From an uncultured Acidobacteriota bacterium (lineage in GTDB: Bacteria > Acidobacteriota > Thermoanaerobaculia > UBA5066): a stretch of 64,000 nucleotides of DNA. The notes under the pieces were generated by a model that did no database searches, had not been told where the DNA came from, and saw only the letters and a list, made by a program, of their open reading frames with translations. This document shows, in pieces, positions 53,395 to 64,000 of this stretch (positions are counted from its first letter, which is position 1; every line of letters starts with the position of its first letter). Location of the stretch: NCBI GenBank assembly GCA_963779415.1, contig CAVZYA010000002.1, positions 672,001-736,000 of the forward strand, given 5' to 3'. Position numbers and translations under genes: made by a program.

Positions 53395-56022
53395 TTACGT
53401 CTTCTTTTTCTTCGTGGCGGCCGGCGTCTCCGCGCTGCGCAGCGCGAGCCGGCCGTCCTCGAGATCGAGGGTCAAGGACGCGCCGTCGCCGATCTCGCCG
53501 GCGAGGAGCTTCAGCGCCAGCGGGTCCTGGACGAGCTTCTGAAGGTTGCGCTTGAGCGGGCGGGCGCCGTAGACGGGGTCGTACGACTCGCGGGCGAGGA
53601 ACGTCCGCGCCGGCTCGGACCAGTCGAGGCGGACGCCCCGCGTGGCGACGATCTCGGCGACCCGCCGGAGCTGGATGTCGACGATCTTCTCCACGTCGGA
53701 GAGCGCGAGGCGGTGGAAGACGACGATGTCGTCGATCCGGTTGAGGAACTCGGGGCGGAAGTGGGCGCGCAGCGCCTCCTCGAGGATCCGCTTCTCCTCG
53801 CCGGGGCTGCGGGAAGACGAATCCGCGCCCGCCGAGATGAGGTCGCTCCCGACGTTCGACGTCATGATGACGACGGTGTTCTTGAAATCGACCGCGCGCC
53901 CCTTGCCGTCCGTCAGCCGGCCGTCGTCGAGCACCTGAAGAAGCGTCGACCAGACGTCCGGGTGCGCCTTCTCGACCTCGTCGAAGAGGATGACGGAATA
54001 GGGGTGACGGCGGACGGCCTCGGTCAGCTGGCCCCCCTCCTCGTATCCGACGTACCCCGGCGGGGCACCGATCATCCGGGAGATGGAGTGCTTCTCCTGG
54101 TACTCGGACATGTCGAGGCGGACCATCGCGTTCTCGTCGTCGAAGAGGAAATCGGCGAGAGCGCGCGCGAGCTCCGTCTTTCCGACGCCCGTGGGCCCGA
54201 GAAAGAGAAACGAGCCGACCGGGCGCTTCGGGTCCTTCATCCCCGCCCGGGCGCGCCGGACGGCGGCGGAGACGGCGTCCACGGCCTCGTCCTGCCCGAC
54301 GACGCGCCGCCTCAGGCGTTCGTCCATCTTCAGGAGCTTCTGCGTCTCCCCCTCGACCATCTTCGACACGGGGATTCCGGTCCACTTCGAGACGATCTGG
54401 GCAATGTCCTCCTCGTCCACCTTCTCGCGGAGGACGGCACCCCCCTTCTGGAGCTCCTCGAGACGGGCCGAGGCGGCGTCCAGATCCTTCTGGAGCTTCA
54501 GGAGCGTGCCGTAGCGAAGCTCGGCCGCCCGGCTCAGGTCTCCTCGGCGCTCGGCCTGCTCGGCGGCCAACTTCGTCTCGTCGACCGTCTTCTTCAGAGC
54601 GCGGATCGACGCAAGGGCGTCCTTTTCCGCCTTCCAGCGCGCCTTCATCGCGCCGGAGCGCTCCTTCATCTCGGCGAGCGTCTTCTCGACGGCCCGGAGG
54701 CGCTCCCTCGCGGGGCGCGCGTCGTCCTTCTCCAAGGCCTTCTTCTCGATCTCGGCCTGGAGGATCCTCCGCTCCACCTCGTCGATCTCGGTCGGAAGCG
54801 AGTCGATCTCCATCTTCAGCTTCGAGGCCGCCTCGTCGACGAGGTCGATGGCCTTGTCGGGGAGGAAGCGGTCGGAGATGTAGCGGTCCGAGAGGGTGGC
54901 CGCCGCGACGAGGGCGGCGTCGGTGATCTTGACGCCGTGGTGCAGCTCGTACCGTTCTGCGAGGCCGCGAAGGATGGCGATCGTGTCCTCGACCGAGGGC
55001 TCGCCGACGAGAACTGGCTGGAACCGGCGCTCGAGGGCGGGATCCTTCTCGACGTACTTGCGGTACTCGCCGACGGTGGTCGCGCCGATGGCGCGCAGCT
55101 CACCCCGCGCAAGGGCGGGCTTCAGCATGTTTCCGGCGTCCATTGCCCCTTCGGCCGCGCCGGCCCCGATGAGAGTGTGAAGCTCGTCGATGAAGAGGAT
55201 GACGCTCCCCTCCGACTCCTCGACTTCCTTCAGGACGGCCTTGAGTCGCTCCTCGAACTCGCCGCGGAATTTCGCGCCGGCCACCATGGCGCCGAGATCG
55301 AGCGCGACGACGCGCTTGTCCTTCAGGGTATCGGGGACATCCCCGGCCACGATGCGCCGGGCCAGCCCTTCGACGATGGCGGTCTTGCCGACGCCCGGAT
55401 CGCCGATCAGGACCGGGTTGTTCTTCGTCCGCCGCGTGAGGACCTGCATGATCCGGCGGATCTCGTCGTCGCGGCCGATGACGGGGTCGAGCTTCCCTCG
55501 GCGAGCGAGCTCGGTCAGGTCGCGCGCGTAGCGCTTGAGCGCCTGGTATTTCTCATCGGAGGCCGGGTCGGTCACGCGGGCCGAGCCGCGGACCTCCTTG
55601 AGGGCCGAAAGGAGCGAGGCTTCCGAGAGTCCGTGCTTCACGAAGAGCTTCGCCGCGGCCGACCTTCCGTCCCGGACGAGCGCGAGGAAAAGATGCTCGG
55701 CGGCGACGTAGTCGTCGCGGAACTCGCGGGCGATTTTCTCGGCGAGATCGACGAGCTTCACAAGAGGCGGCGAGAGCCGCGGTTCGTTTCCATCGCCCGT
55801 GACGCGCGGGAGCCTGGCGAGCGCGGCTTCGAGGTCTGCCGCGACGGCCGGGGCTGCGACGCCGATCCGGCCGAGAATGGCCGGCACTGTCCCCCCCTCC
55901 TGCTCGACGAGGGCGAGTGCAAGGTGCTCGGACGTCAGCTCGGGATGACCTTCCTCACGCCCCAGCTGGGCCGCTCGCTGAATGGCTTCCTGCGCCTTCA
56001 AGGTGAACCGGTCGAGGTTCAT
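53395..56022 (-). CDS. clpB: Chaperone ClpB
   Basis: Two AAA modules ([16 protein letters not shown]) and a long coiled-coil middle domain. Confidence 0.97.
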   Translation of the reverse strand: MNLDRFTLKAQEAIQRAAQLGREEGHPELTSEHLALALVEQEGGTVPAILGRIGVAAPAVAADLEAALARLPRVTGDGNEPRLSPPLVKLVDLAEKIAREFRDDYVAAEHLFLALVRDGRSAAAKLFVKHGLSEASLLSALKEVRGSARVTDPASDEKYQALKRYARDLTELARRGKLDPVIGRDDEIRRIMQVLTRRTKNNPVLIGDPGVGKTAIVEGLARRIVAGDVPDTLKDKRVVALDLGAMVAGAKFRGEFEERLKAVLKEVEESEGSVILFIDELHTLIGAGAAEGAMDAGNMLKPALARGELRAIGATTVGEYRKYVEKDPALERRFQPVLVGEPSVEDTIAILRGLAERYELHHGVKITDAALVAAATLSDRYISDRFLPDKAIDLVDEAASKLKMEIDSLPTEIDEVERRILQAEIEKKALEKDDARPARERLRAVEKTLAEMKERSGAMKARWKAEKDALASIRALKKTVDETKLAAEQAERRGDLSRAAELRYGTLLKLQKDLDAASARLEELQKGGAVLREKVDEEDIAQIVSKWTGIPVSKMVEGETQKLLKMDERLRRRVVGQDEAVDAVSAAVRRARAGMKDPKRPVGSFLFLGPTGVGKTELARALADFLFDDENAMVRLDMSEYQEKHSISRMIGAPPGYVGYEEGGQLTEAVRRHPYSVILFDEVEKAHPDVWSTLLQVLDDGRLTDGKGRAVDFKNTVVIMTSNVGSDLISAGADSSSRSPGEEKRILEEALRAHFRPEFLNRIDDIVVFHRLALSDVEKIVDIQLRRVAEIVATRGVRLDWSEPARTFLARESYDPVYGARPLKRNLQKLVQDPLALKLLAGEIGDGASLTLDLEDGRLALRSAETPAATKKKKT

Positions 56023-56030
56023 ACGTCGAC

Positions 56031-56085
56031 AATCTAGAATCTTATGTCATCATTGTCAAGTAGTTTTCTACATCTGCGATGTAGA
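56031..56085 (-). promoter_or_regulatory. clpB promoter and upstream inverted repeat
   Basis: TTGACA-N17-TAGATT, 8 nt before ATG; TCTACATC-N3-GATGTAGA at 56067-56085. Confidence 0.75.
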
Positions 56086-56136
56086 TATTTCTAAGATATA
56101 TGAAAACTAATATCTTATTAAAGAGATAAGAGGCCC

Positions 56137-56967
56137 CTACTTGATCTCTTTCTTTCTTCCCCACAGAGAATCGATCTCTCCTGCCTCTCGGAAGCCCTTC
56201 TCCCGAAGGAGACACGAGTCGCAAGCACCGCAGGGGGTGCCGTTCGTCGCCGGGTCGTAACAGGAGGAGGTGAGGGAAGTGTCGAGACCGAGGGCGCATG
56301 CGAGCCTCACGATCTCCGCCTTCGTCATCCGGAGGAGGGGCGCACGGATCGAGAGAGACCGCCCTTCCGCGCCGGCTTTCGTCCCGAGCCTCGCCGTTCT
56401 CTCGAACGCTCGGAGGAACGGCGGCCGGCAATCGGGATAACCGGAGGTGTCGAGAGCATTCGCCCCGATGACGATCTCCGTCGCCCCGGTCCTCTCGGCC
56501 ACGGCGAGGGCGAACGAGAGAAAGAGCGTGTTTCGCGCCGGGACGTACGTGACGGGGATCGCCGTCCTCCCGAGCCTGTTTTTCGGGACGGCGATTCGCC
56601 GGTCGGTCAGGGCCGAGCCGCCGATCGCTCCGAGATCGGGAAGGTGAAGGACACGGTGCGAAGCGGCGCGATATGTCCGGGCCAGCCGCTTCGCCGCGCG
56701 AAGCTCGACGCGGTGCCGCTGGCCGTAATCGAACGAGACGGCGTGAACGGTCCAGCCCCAGCGCGAAAGAAGCGCGAGGCAGGTGCCGCTGTCGAGCCCG
56801 CCGGAGAGAAGCAGCACGGCCGTCCTCGGACCCCCGACCGGCACAGAGGAGATCGCCGCACCGGGTCTTCTCTGAAGGTGAACAGGGTGGGAGCTGCTCG
56901 AACGCGAGGCGTCGCGTGAGGCGCCTGCTCTCCTTCCTTTCGAAGAACTCTTCGGTCTCTTTCTCAT
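56137..56967 (-). CDS. queC: 7-cyano-7-deazaguanine synthase
   Basis: LLSGGLDS, YGQRH, TYVPARN, GYPDCR and CGACDSC motifs. ATGA overlap with queE implies a roughly 40-aa basic N-terminal extension (alternative start near 56844). Confidence 0.93.
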   Translation of the reverse strand: MRKRPKSSSKGRRAGASRDASRSSSSHPVHLQRRPGAAISSVPVGGPRTAVLLLSGGLDSGTCLALLSRWGWTVHAVSFDYGQRHRVELRAAKRLARTYRAASHRVLHLPDLGAIGGSALTDRRIAVPKNRLGRTAIPVTYVPARNTLFLSFALAVAERTGATEIVIGANALDTSGYPDCRPPFLRAFERTARLGTKAGAEGRSLSIRAPLLRMTKAEIVRLACALGLDTSLTSSCYDPATNGTPCGACDSCLLREKGFREAGEIDSLWGRKKEIK

Positions 56968-57632
56968 GTTCCGGGTTTGTCTCCCCAGAGGAGCTTGTGG
57001 ATCTGGAGATTGAGCCTGAGCTTTCTGTCGGAGTCCCGCACCCACTCGGCGACCCTGGCGGCGACAGAGGATCGGTCGCCTTCGAAGACGGGGGAGATGA
57101 GGACGGTGTGCTTCTCGTCGAGGCCATGCCGCGTGACGAGGTCGAGCGCGAAGTCGAAATCGCGCCGGTCGGCCACGACGAACTTCACCTCGTCGCGCGG
57201 CCCGAGCCGCGAGAGGTTTGAAAGATCGTTCGCGGCCGCCATCCCCGAGCCAGGGCACTTCACGTCGAGGATCTTCACGACGCGCGGATCGACGCGGTCG
57301 ACCGGGACGTGGCCGCCCGTCTCGACGAGGACCGTGTAGCCGCGTTCGCAGAGGGCGGTGGCGAGGGGGTAGAACCCTTCCTGCTCGAGCGGCTCGCCGC
57401 CCGTGATCTCGACGAGGGAGACGCGGAGGGCGGCGACTTCCTCGAGAACGGCGTCGATGGAAAGGCCGGTCCCGCCGGAGAAGGTGTAGGCCGAGTCGCA
57501 CCAGACGCACCGGAGGGCGCAGCCCGTCAGCCGGACGAACGTGCAGGGGAGGCCGGACCATGTCGACTCCCCCTGGAGGCTCCGGAAGATCTCCGTCACG
57601 ACAACGCCGGCTTCTGCAGTCCGATCCGCCAT
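56964..57632 (-). CDS. queE: 7-carboxy-7-deazaguanine synthase (radical SAM)
   Basis: EIF.SLQGE, GCALRCVWCD, ITGGEPL and LQIHK.LW motifs. Confidence 0.93.
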   Translation of the reverse strand: MADRTAEAGVVVTEIFRSLQGESTWSGLPCTFVRLTGCALRCVWCDSAYTFSGGTGLSIDAVLEEVAALRVSLVEITGGEPLEQEGFYPLATALCERGYTVLVETGGHVPVDRVDPRVVKILDVKCPGSGMAAANDLSNLSRLGPRDEVKFVVADRRDFDFALDLVTRHGLDEKHTVLISPVFEGDRSSVAARVAEWVRDSDRKLRLNLQIHKLLWGDKPGT

Positions 57633-57668
57633 TCAAAGAGAGTACGACGGGGCATCGATAATGGCCTC

Positions 57669-58442
57669 GTGCGAATCCGGCTCGACCTCGCCTATCTCGG
57701 GACCTTCTTCGAAGGGTGGCAGGCTCAGGAGACCCTGCGGGACGGCGTAAGGCCGCGGACGGTTCAGGGCGTCCTGGAAGGTTCTCTGAGGGAGATTCTG
57801 AAGGCGGACGTCCGCGTCCACGGAGCGGGGCGCACCGACTCCGGCGTGCATGCCGAAGCCCAGGTCGCCCATTTCGACCTGCCCGAGGGGGCGCCCCTCC
57901 TCCCTTCCGGAAATCTCTCTCGGGCCCTGAACACGAAGCTCCCCTGGGACGTGCGGGTCCTCTCGGTCTCGGAAGTCGCTTCGGACTTCCACGCCCGCCG
58001 CCGGGCGACCGGAAAGATCTACGTCTACCGGGTTCGGCGGGGCGGGTTCCTTCCGCCGCACGCGGGCCTCGTGGAAGCGCTCGCGAGAGAGCCGCTCGAC
58101 GTCTTGGCGATGCGCGAGGCCGCGCGTCTCCTCGTCGGGCGCCGCGACTTCGCGCCGTTCTCGATCACGGGCTCCGATCCGGGAACGACCGTCCGGACCC
58201 TGGCCCGGCTCGACGTGGCCGAGGAGGGAGATCTCCTCGTCGTCACGGCCGTCGGCGACGGATTTCTTCGCGGGATGGTGCGGCGGCTCGTCGGGACGCT
58301 GCGCGAGGTCGGTCGGGGGAAGATCGCGCCCGGCGAGGCGCCGGAGCGGCCGGGCCCGACGGCGGAAGCGCGGGGGCTGACGCTCGTGCGCGTCCTCTAC
58401 CCGCCCGAGCGGCTCCCGGACGGGGCCGCGGGGCCGGGATAG
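57669..58442 (+). CDS. truA: tRNA pseudouridine(38-40) synthase
   Basis: GWQ.Q, GAGRTDSGVHA, FHAR and GFLRGMVR motifs. Confidence 0.93.
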   Translation: MRIRLDLAYLGTFFEGWQAQETLRDGVRPRTVQGVLEGSLREILKADVRVHGAGRTDSGVHAEAQVAHFDLPEGAPLLPSGNLSRALNTKLPWDVRVLSVSEVASDFHARRRATGKIYVYRVRRGGFLPPHAGLVEALAREPLDVLAMREAARLLVGRRDFAPFSITGSDPGTTVRTLARLDVAEEGDLLVVTAVGDGFLRGMVRRLVGTLREVGRGKIAPGEAPERPGPTAEARGLTLVRVLYPPERLPDGAAGPG

Positions 58443-58451
58443 AATCATCGG

Positions 58452-59313
58452 ATGGGCCTTTCCGGCGTCCGGGAGCCGCGTGACGCGATGATCGACAAGG
58501 ATCTCCTCGCCTCGCCCGGCACGCCGGAGCGCGCGATCCTCGAAGGGCTCGACCTCGCCCGCCTCCCTCGCCACGTCGCCGTCATCATGGACGGAAACGG
58601 CCGCTGGGCGCAGCAGCGCCGGCTTCCACGCGTCGAAGGGCACCGCTCCGGAATCCACTCCGTCCGGGAGACGGTCGAGACGGCGGCGCGCCTCGGGCTC
58701 GAGGCCCTGACGCTCTACGCCTTCTCGACGGAGAACTGGAAGCGGCCCCGCCTCGAGGTCGCGACGCTGATGGCCCTCCTGAAGGAGTGGCTCGCGCGCG
58801 AGCTCGACACGCTTCTCGAGAACGACATCCGGTTCCGCGTCGTCGGGCGGATGGAGGGCCTCGACGTCTCCGTCGTCCGCGAGCTGAGGAAGGCGCTCGA
58901 CGCGACGTCGCGGTGCCGGGGGATGGTCTTCAACATCGCGCTCAACTATTCGGGACGGGCCGAACTCGCCGACGCGATGCGCGCGCTCGCCGAGGACGTG
59001 GCCTCGGCGACGACTCCGCCCGTCCGAGATCGACGAGGCGGCCGTGGAGGCGAAGCTCTACACGGCCGGCCTGCCCGACCCCGACCTCCTGATCCGGACG
59101 AGCGGCGAGATGCGGGTCTCGAACTTCCTTCTCTGGCAGATCGCTTACTCGGAGATCCACGTCACGCCGGTACTCTGGCCCGACTTTCGAGCCCGCCATT
59201 TCTTCGAGGCGATCGCCGACTACCAGAAGCGCGAGCGCCGCTACGGAGGCGTCCTCGAGCCCGAGCCCACGGAAGCGCCGGCCCTCGCGCCGCCCGCGGC
59301 GGCGTCGCGGTGA
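58452..59313 (+). CDS. uppS: Undecaprenyl/isoprenyl diphosphate synthase (frameshift near 59010-59030)
   Basis: [13 protein letters not shown] and [10 protein letters not shown] in one frame; [22 protein letters not shown] in ORF 59044..59313. Confidence 0.9.
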
Positions 59314-59338
59314 CGGCGCGCTCGGCCGGAGCGCCGGC

Positions 59339-60147
59339 TTGAGGTATACGCGGGAACTGACGGCGGCCGTCCTGATCCCGGCGGTCCTCGCGATCCTCGT
59401 CTTCGCGCCCCTCTGGGCCTGGGCGCTCCTCGTCGCCGTCGCCGCGGGGCTTGCGCTCGCGGAGTTCTACCGGCTCCTCCGGGCGGCAGGATGGGTGGTC
59501 CCCGAGGCCGCGGGCTTCGCCGTCTTCGCCGCGATCGCGGCGTCCGCATGGCTCCGGTCGGTCCCGGGGCTCGTGGGAGGCGCGGCTGCCGGGCTCGTCC
59601 TCCTCCCGACGCTCGTGATGTTCTCGTCGCCGCCGGCCGGCGTCCTTCTCGCCTCCTCGGCGTCGTCGGTCTTCTCGACGCTCTACGTCGCCCTCGGCGC
59701 GGCCTCCGTGATCGTCCTTAGGAGCCTGAGCTGGCGCCCCGTCCTCTTCCTTCTCGCGGTCGTCTGGGCGAGCGACTCGGCGGCCTACTACGTGGGACGT
59801 CGCTTCGGCCGGCGGAAGCTCGCGCCCGTCGTCAGCCCGAAGAAGACGATCGAGGGGCTCTGGGGCCAGCTCGGCGCGGGAATCGTCGTCGGGACTCCTC
59901 GCCCCGGTCCTTCTCTTTCCTTCCGGAAACCCGCTCTTCCTCGCGCTTCTCGGACTCGCCGTCGCGGGGCTCGCGGTCGTAGGCGACCTTCTCGAGTCGA
60001 CGCTTCAAGCGGAGCTGCGACGTGAAGGATTCGGGAGGCCTCCTTCCCGGCCACGGCGGGCTCCTCGACCGGCTCGATTCGCTTCTCTATGTCGCGCCTC
60101 CGGCCCTTGCCGTCGCGCTCTACCTGCCAGAGGTCCTGCCTTCGTGA
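59339..60147 (+). CDS. cdsA: Phosphatidate cytidylyltransferase (several frameshifts in 59890-60110)
   Basis: [23 protein letters not shown], then [20 protein letters not shown] in another frame; sits between uppS and dxr. Confidence 0.85.
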
Positions 60148-61346
60148 CGGCGGTGAAGAAACGGATCGCCCTCATGGGAGCAACGGGGTCGATCGGAGAC
60201 TCCGCTCTCTCGGTCGTGTCTCACTTTCCCGACCGGTTCGAGATCGTCTCGATGGCCGCGGGCTCGCGGATCGAGAAGCTCCTTCCCGCCATCGCGGCGC
60301 ACCGGCCGAAGGTGGTCTCGGTCCGGACGAGGGAGGACGCATCGCGTCTTCGCGCCGAGTTTCCCGGGATCGCGGTCGGCTGGGGAGCGCAGGGGCTCGT
60401 CGACGTCGCGACGCACCCGGAGGCCGACGTCGTCCTCGGCGCGCTCGTCGGGTCGGTCGGCCTCGCGTCGTCCTACGCGGCCGCGAGGCTCGGCAAGCGG
60501 CTCGCCCTCGCGAACAAGGAGACGCTGGTCGTCGCTGGGGAGCTGGTCATGGCCGCCGCGCGCGCCTCGGGCGGCGAGGTGATCCCGGTCGACTCCGAGC
60601 ACTGCGCCCTCCATCAGGCGCTCCGGTGCGGGACCGCGCTCGAGGTCTCGAAGCTGATCCTGACGGCCTCGGGCGGGCCGTTCCGGACCCGTCCTCTCGG
60701 GACGTTCGGGGCCATCTCCGTCGAGGACGCCCTCGCCCACCCGACCTGGAAGATGGGACCGAAGATCACGATCGACTCGGCCACGATGATGAACAAGGGG
60801 CTCGAGGTGATCGAGGCCCGCTGGCTCTTCGACGTCCCGGCCGAGCGGATCGAGGTGCTCCTCCACCCGCAGTCGATCGTCCACTCGATCGTGGAGTGGG
60901 TGGACGGCTCCCTCATCGCGCAGATGTCGCCGAACGACATGCGCTTCCCGGTCCTCTACGCCCTCACCTTCCCGGAGCGCGTCCCGACGCCGCTTGCGAA
61001 GCTGGATCTTCCGGCGCTCCGGACCCTGGAGTTCCACCGGGCGGAGACGGAGCGTTACCCCGCGCTGGCCCTCGCTTACGAAGCGATCGCGACAGGGGGC
61101 TCGGCGCCCGCGATCCTGAACGCCGCCAACGAAGTGGCCGTCGAGGCCTTCCTCGAAGGGCGGATCCCGTTTCCGGCGATCGTCGAGACGACGGCCCGGG
61201 TCCTCTCGCGCCACGCCCCCGCCCCGCCCCGGAGCGTCGAGGAGGCGCTGGAGGTCGATGACTGGGCGCGGAAGGCCGCCCGTGAGATCCTTCCCGCCCT
61301 CGGGCGGCCGTCTCCGGCGGGAACCGGCGGCGCCGCCCGGTCGTAG
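60144..61346 (+). CDS. dxr: 1-deoxy-D-xylulose 5-phosphate reductoisomerase
   Basis: GATGSIG, LANKE, PVDSEH and [15 protein letters not shown] motifs. Confidence 0.97.
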   Translation: MTAVKKRIALMGATGSIGDSALSVVSHFPDRFEIVSMAAGSRIEKLLPAIAAHRPKVVSVRTREDASRLRAEFPGIAVGWGAQGLVDVATHPEADVVLGALVGSVGLASSYAAARLGKRLALANKETLVVAGELVMAAARASGGEVIPVDSEHCALHQALRCGTALEVSKLILTASGGPFRTRPLGTFGAISVEDALAHPTWKMGPKITIDSATMMNKGLEVIEARWLFDVPAERIEVLLHPQSIVHSIVEWVDGSLIAQMSPNDMRFPVLYALTFPERVPTPLAKLDLPALRTLEFHRAETERYPALALAYEAIATGGSAPAILNAANEVAVEAFLEGRIPFPAIVETTARVLSRHAPAPPRSVEEALEVDDWARKAAREILPALGRPSPAGTGGAARS

Positions 61347-61367
61347 AGTGAAGGGGCCTCCCGACGC

Positions 61368-62699
61368 ATGAACATCCCGATCAACATCCTCGCCCTCATC
61401 TTCGTCCTCTCCGTCCTGATCGTCGTCCACGAGTTCGGGCACTACGCCGTGGCGAAGGGCTTCCGGTTCCCGGTGGAGGTCTTCTCCCTCGGCTTCGGAA
61501 AGAGGCTCTTCGGCTGGAAGCGGAAGGAGACGGACTACCGCGTCTCCGTGATCCCGCTCGGCGGGTACGTCAAGGTCGTCGGTCTCGGTCCGGACGAGAG
61601 CGACGTGGTCGCCGGGCAGGAGCCCGCCGCGCCCCTCGGGCCGCGCTGGCAGCGGCTCCTCGTCCTCGTCGCCGGGCCCGCGATGAATTTCGTCCTCGCC
61701 CTCCTCCTGACGACGGCGGCCTTCGTCATCGGGATGGAGGTCCTGAAGTACCAGGACGAGCCGCCTCTCGTGAAGCACGTCGAGGCCCGGAGCCCGGCGG
61801 AGCGGGCGGGCGTGAAGGTGGACGACCTCATCGTCGCGATCGGCGGCAAGCCCGTCACGACCTGGCGCGAGGTGGAGATGGACCTCGGTCTCGCGCCGCG
61901 GGAGAACATCCCTGTCGATCTGAAGCGGGGAGCCGAGACGGTCCATGTGACGCTTCGCCCCGAGCCGGACCGGAAGTACGACATCGGGTACACGGGGCTG
62001 AATCCGTATCTCGCCCCCATCGTCGGCGGCCTCGTGAAGAACTACCCGGCCGAGAAGGCGGGTTTGAAGACGGGTGACCGGATCGTCTCCGTCGGCGGCA
62101 GCGAGGTGACGGGGTACTACGACGTCGTCCGGGCGATCCGCGAGGCCGCGGCGGCCGGCGGTGCGGGCGGACCGAAGCCGATCGAGTTCGTCGTCGAGCG
62201 GGACAGCCGGCGTCTGACGATCCCGATCACGCCGCGCGAGGATTCCGGCTCGTGGCGGATCGGATTCGCGCCGAGGTACGAGACGGTGATCAAGCGGCTC
62301 GGCCTCGTCGATGCGGTCGCCGCCGCCGTGGGCGAGCTCGTCCGCCAGACGCAGATGACCGGCGTCACCGTCGTCCGGCTCTTCCGGGGCACCAGCTCGA
62401 TGCGGCAGCTCTCCGGGCCCATCGACATCGCGAAGTTCTCCGGCGAGGCCGCGCGGAGCGGGCCCTCGGCCCTCCTCGGCCTGATGGGAATCCTCTCGCT
62501 GCAGCTCGGCCTCCTGAACCTCCTTCCGATCCCGCTCCTCGACGGCGGGCAGATCTTCGTCACGCTTCTCGAAGCCGTCGCCCGCCGCGATTTCCCGCTC
62601 AAGCTGAAGGAGCGGCTCCTCCAGGCGGGCTTCGTCTTTCTCGTCCTCGTGATGGTGACCGTTCTCTACTTCGACGTCCTCAAGAACGTCAGCTTCTGA
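61368..62699 (+). CDS. rseP: RIP metalloprotease RseP
   Basis: HEFGH, PLGGYVK, two PDZ domains, [11 protein letters not shown]. Confidence 0.96.
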   Translation: MNIPINILALIFVLSVLIVVHEFGHYAVAKGFRFPVEVFSLGFGKRLFGWKRKETDYRVSVIPLGGYVKVVGLGPDESDVVAGQEPAAPLGPRWQRLLVLVAGPAMNFVLALLLTTAAFVIGMEVLKYQDEPPLVKHVEARSPAERAGVKVDDLIVAIGGKPVTTWREVEMDLGLAPRENIPVDLKRGAETVHVTLRPEPDRKYDIGYTGLNPYLAPIVGGLVKNYPAEKAGLKTGDRIVSVGGSEVTGYYDVVRAIREAAAAGGAGGPKPIEFVVERDSRRLTIPITPREDSGSWRIGFAPRYETVIKRLGLVDAVAAAVGELVRQTQMTGVTVVRLFRGTSSMRQLSGPIDIAKFSGEAARSGPSALLGLMGILSLQLGLLNLLPIPLLDGGQIFVTLLEAVARRDFPLKLKERLLQAGFVFLVLVMVTVLYFDVLKNVSF

Positions 62700-62703
62700 T
62701 CCG

Positions 62704-63960
62704 ATGGCCGCTTCCCGCTCACGCCACGCGACCGTACCGGTGAAGGTCGGGAAGGTCACCGTCGGAGGAGGGCAGCCCGTCGTCGTCCAGTCGATGACGA
62801 TGACGGACACGGCGGACGTCGCCGCGACCGCACGGCAGTGCCTCGAGCTCTGGAAGGCCGGCTCGGAGCTGGTCCGCGTCACCGTGAACGTCCCGGAGGC
62901 GGCCGCGGCCGTCCCGGAGATAAGGCATCGGCTCCGGGACGAGGGATGCGACGTTCCCCTGATCGGCGACTTCCACTACAACGGGCACCTTCTCCTGACG
63001 AAGTTCCCCCTCTGTGCGGAAGCCCTCGACAAGTACCGGATCAATCCCGGGAACGTCGGGACGGGGCGCCTCAGGGACGAGCAGTTCTCGACGATCTGCA
63101 AGGTGGCCGTGGACCACGGCAAGCCGGTCCGGATCGGCGTCAACGGCGGCTCCCTGAACCAGGAGCTCGTCATGCGGAAAATGCAGGAGAACACCGACCG
63201 GGACCTCGGGAAGTCGTCCGAGGTGATCGTCGGCGAGTGCATGGTCCTCTCGGCGCTCGAGTCGACGGAGTTGGCGCTCGAAAGCGGCCTCGTGAAGAAC
63301 CGGATCATCATCTCCTGCAAGGTCTCGAAGCCGCAGGACCTGATCGCCGTCTACCGGGAGCTCGCCCGCCGCACGGACCAGCCGCTCCATCTCGGGCTGA
63401 CGGAAGCCGGGATGGGAACCAAGGGGCTGGTCTGGTCCTCGGCGGCGATGGGCGTCCTGCTTCAGGAAGGAATCGGCGACACGATCCGCGTCTCCCTGAC
63501 GCCGCGCCCCGGCGGGGACCGCCGCGAGGAGGTCTATGCCGCGTGCGAGCTTCTCCAGTCGCTCGGCCTCCGCTCCTTCGCCCCGTCGGTGACGGCCTGC
63601 CCGGGCTGCGGCCGGACGACCTCCGCGACGTTCCAGGAGCTGGCCGAGCGGATCCAGGGCTACGTCCGCGAAAGGATGCCCGAGTGGAAGCGCGAGTACG
63701 ACGGCGTCGAGACGATGACGCTCGCCGTGATGGGGTGCATCGTCAACGGTCCGGGGGAGTCGAAGGCCGCGAACATCGGGATCTCGCTTCCCGGCACGGG
63801 CGAGGCGCCGAGCTGCCCCGTCTACGTCGACGGCCAGAAGTTCACGACGCTCAAAGGGAACTACGACGAGCTTTCGATCGCCTTCCGGGCCCTCATCGAC
63901 GACTACGTGGCTACGAAGTACCCCAAGAAGTACCCGAAGAAGGAGACCGCGCGGGGCTGA
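62704..63960 (+). CDS. ispG: (E)-4-hydroxy-3-methylbut-2-enyl-diphosphate synthase
   Basis: [28 protein letters not shown] and [10 protein letters not shown] motifs. Confidence 0.97.
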   Translation: MAASRSRHATVPVKVGKVTVGGGQPVVVQSMTMTDTADVAATARQCLELWKAGSELVRVTVNVPEAAAAVPEIRHRLRDEGCDVPLIGDFHYNGHLLLTKFPLCAEALDKYRINPGNVGTGRLRDEQFSTICKVAVDHGKPVRIGVNGGSLNQELVMRKMQENTDRDLGKSSEVIVGECMVLSALESTELALESGLVKNRIIISCKVSKPQDLIAVYRELARRTDQPLHLGLTEAGMGTKGLVWSSAAMGVLLQEGIGDTIRVSLTPRPGGDRREEVYAACELLQSLGLRSFAPSVTACPGCGRTTSATFQELAERIQGYVRERMPEWKREYDGVETMTLAVMGCIVNGPGESKAANIGISLPGTGEAPSCPVYVDGQKFTTLKGNYDELSIAFRALIDDYVATKYPKKYPKKETARG

Positions 63961-64000
63961 GACCTCAGGCGGCCCCCGCCAGCCGGCGGAGGGCGGCGAG

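Noticed and set aside
56041-56060. HAIR or CtsR box overlapping the clpB -35
   Set aside because: Only the CTT/AAG ends match HAIR and the length is off by one. The TGTCA repeats are 9 nt apart rather than 10.
56137-57632. queC/queE as part of a 7-deazaguanine DNA-modification or Qat defence system
   Set aside because: There are no dpd or qat partner genes, and the context (truA, uppS) is housekeeping, so this is ordinary queuosine synthesis.

Overview
GC-rich bacterial chromosomal window. The SLH-anchor motif, futalosine genes and gene order suggest a diderm such as Acidobacteriota/Thermoanaerobaculia (inference only). Left part (1-23 kb): a tandem array of five secreted proteins with a constant C-terminal SLH-type anchor and a variable core, built from mosaic near-identical repeats, plus glycosyltransferases, gmd, an AbrB/PemK toxin-antitoxin pair, uvrA, tRNA-Lys and an S9 peptidase. 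Middle: tRNA-Leu, tig-clpP-clpX-lon-engB-rho, a DRG-type GTPase and mqnA/mqnC. The standout is 34.4-43.5 kb: a Cys-rich PAS-LuxR regulator followed by a co-oriented cluster encoding a Cyc2-like cytochrome c-porin, a cupredoxin, a GltD/DsrL-like Fe-S flavoprotein, a Rieske protein, a split cytochrome b, an octaheme cytochrome c and a monoheme lipoprotein. This could be a complete outer-membrane to quinone to NAD(P) electron conduit. Right part: P5C dehydrogenase, an AT-hook-like protein, tRNA-Gln, glnS/gltX, degP-like protease, cysK, hsp20-clpB, queC/queE, truA and uppS-cdsA-dxr-rseP-ispG. Several single-base frameshifts, including in uppS and cdsA, look like sequencing or assembly indels. All calls were made by eye from motifs; no database searches were run.
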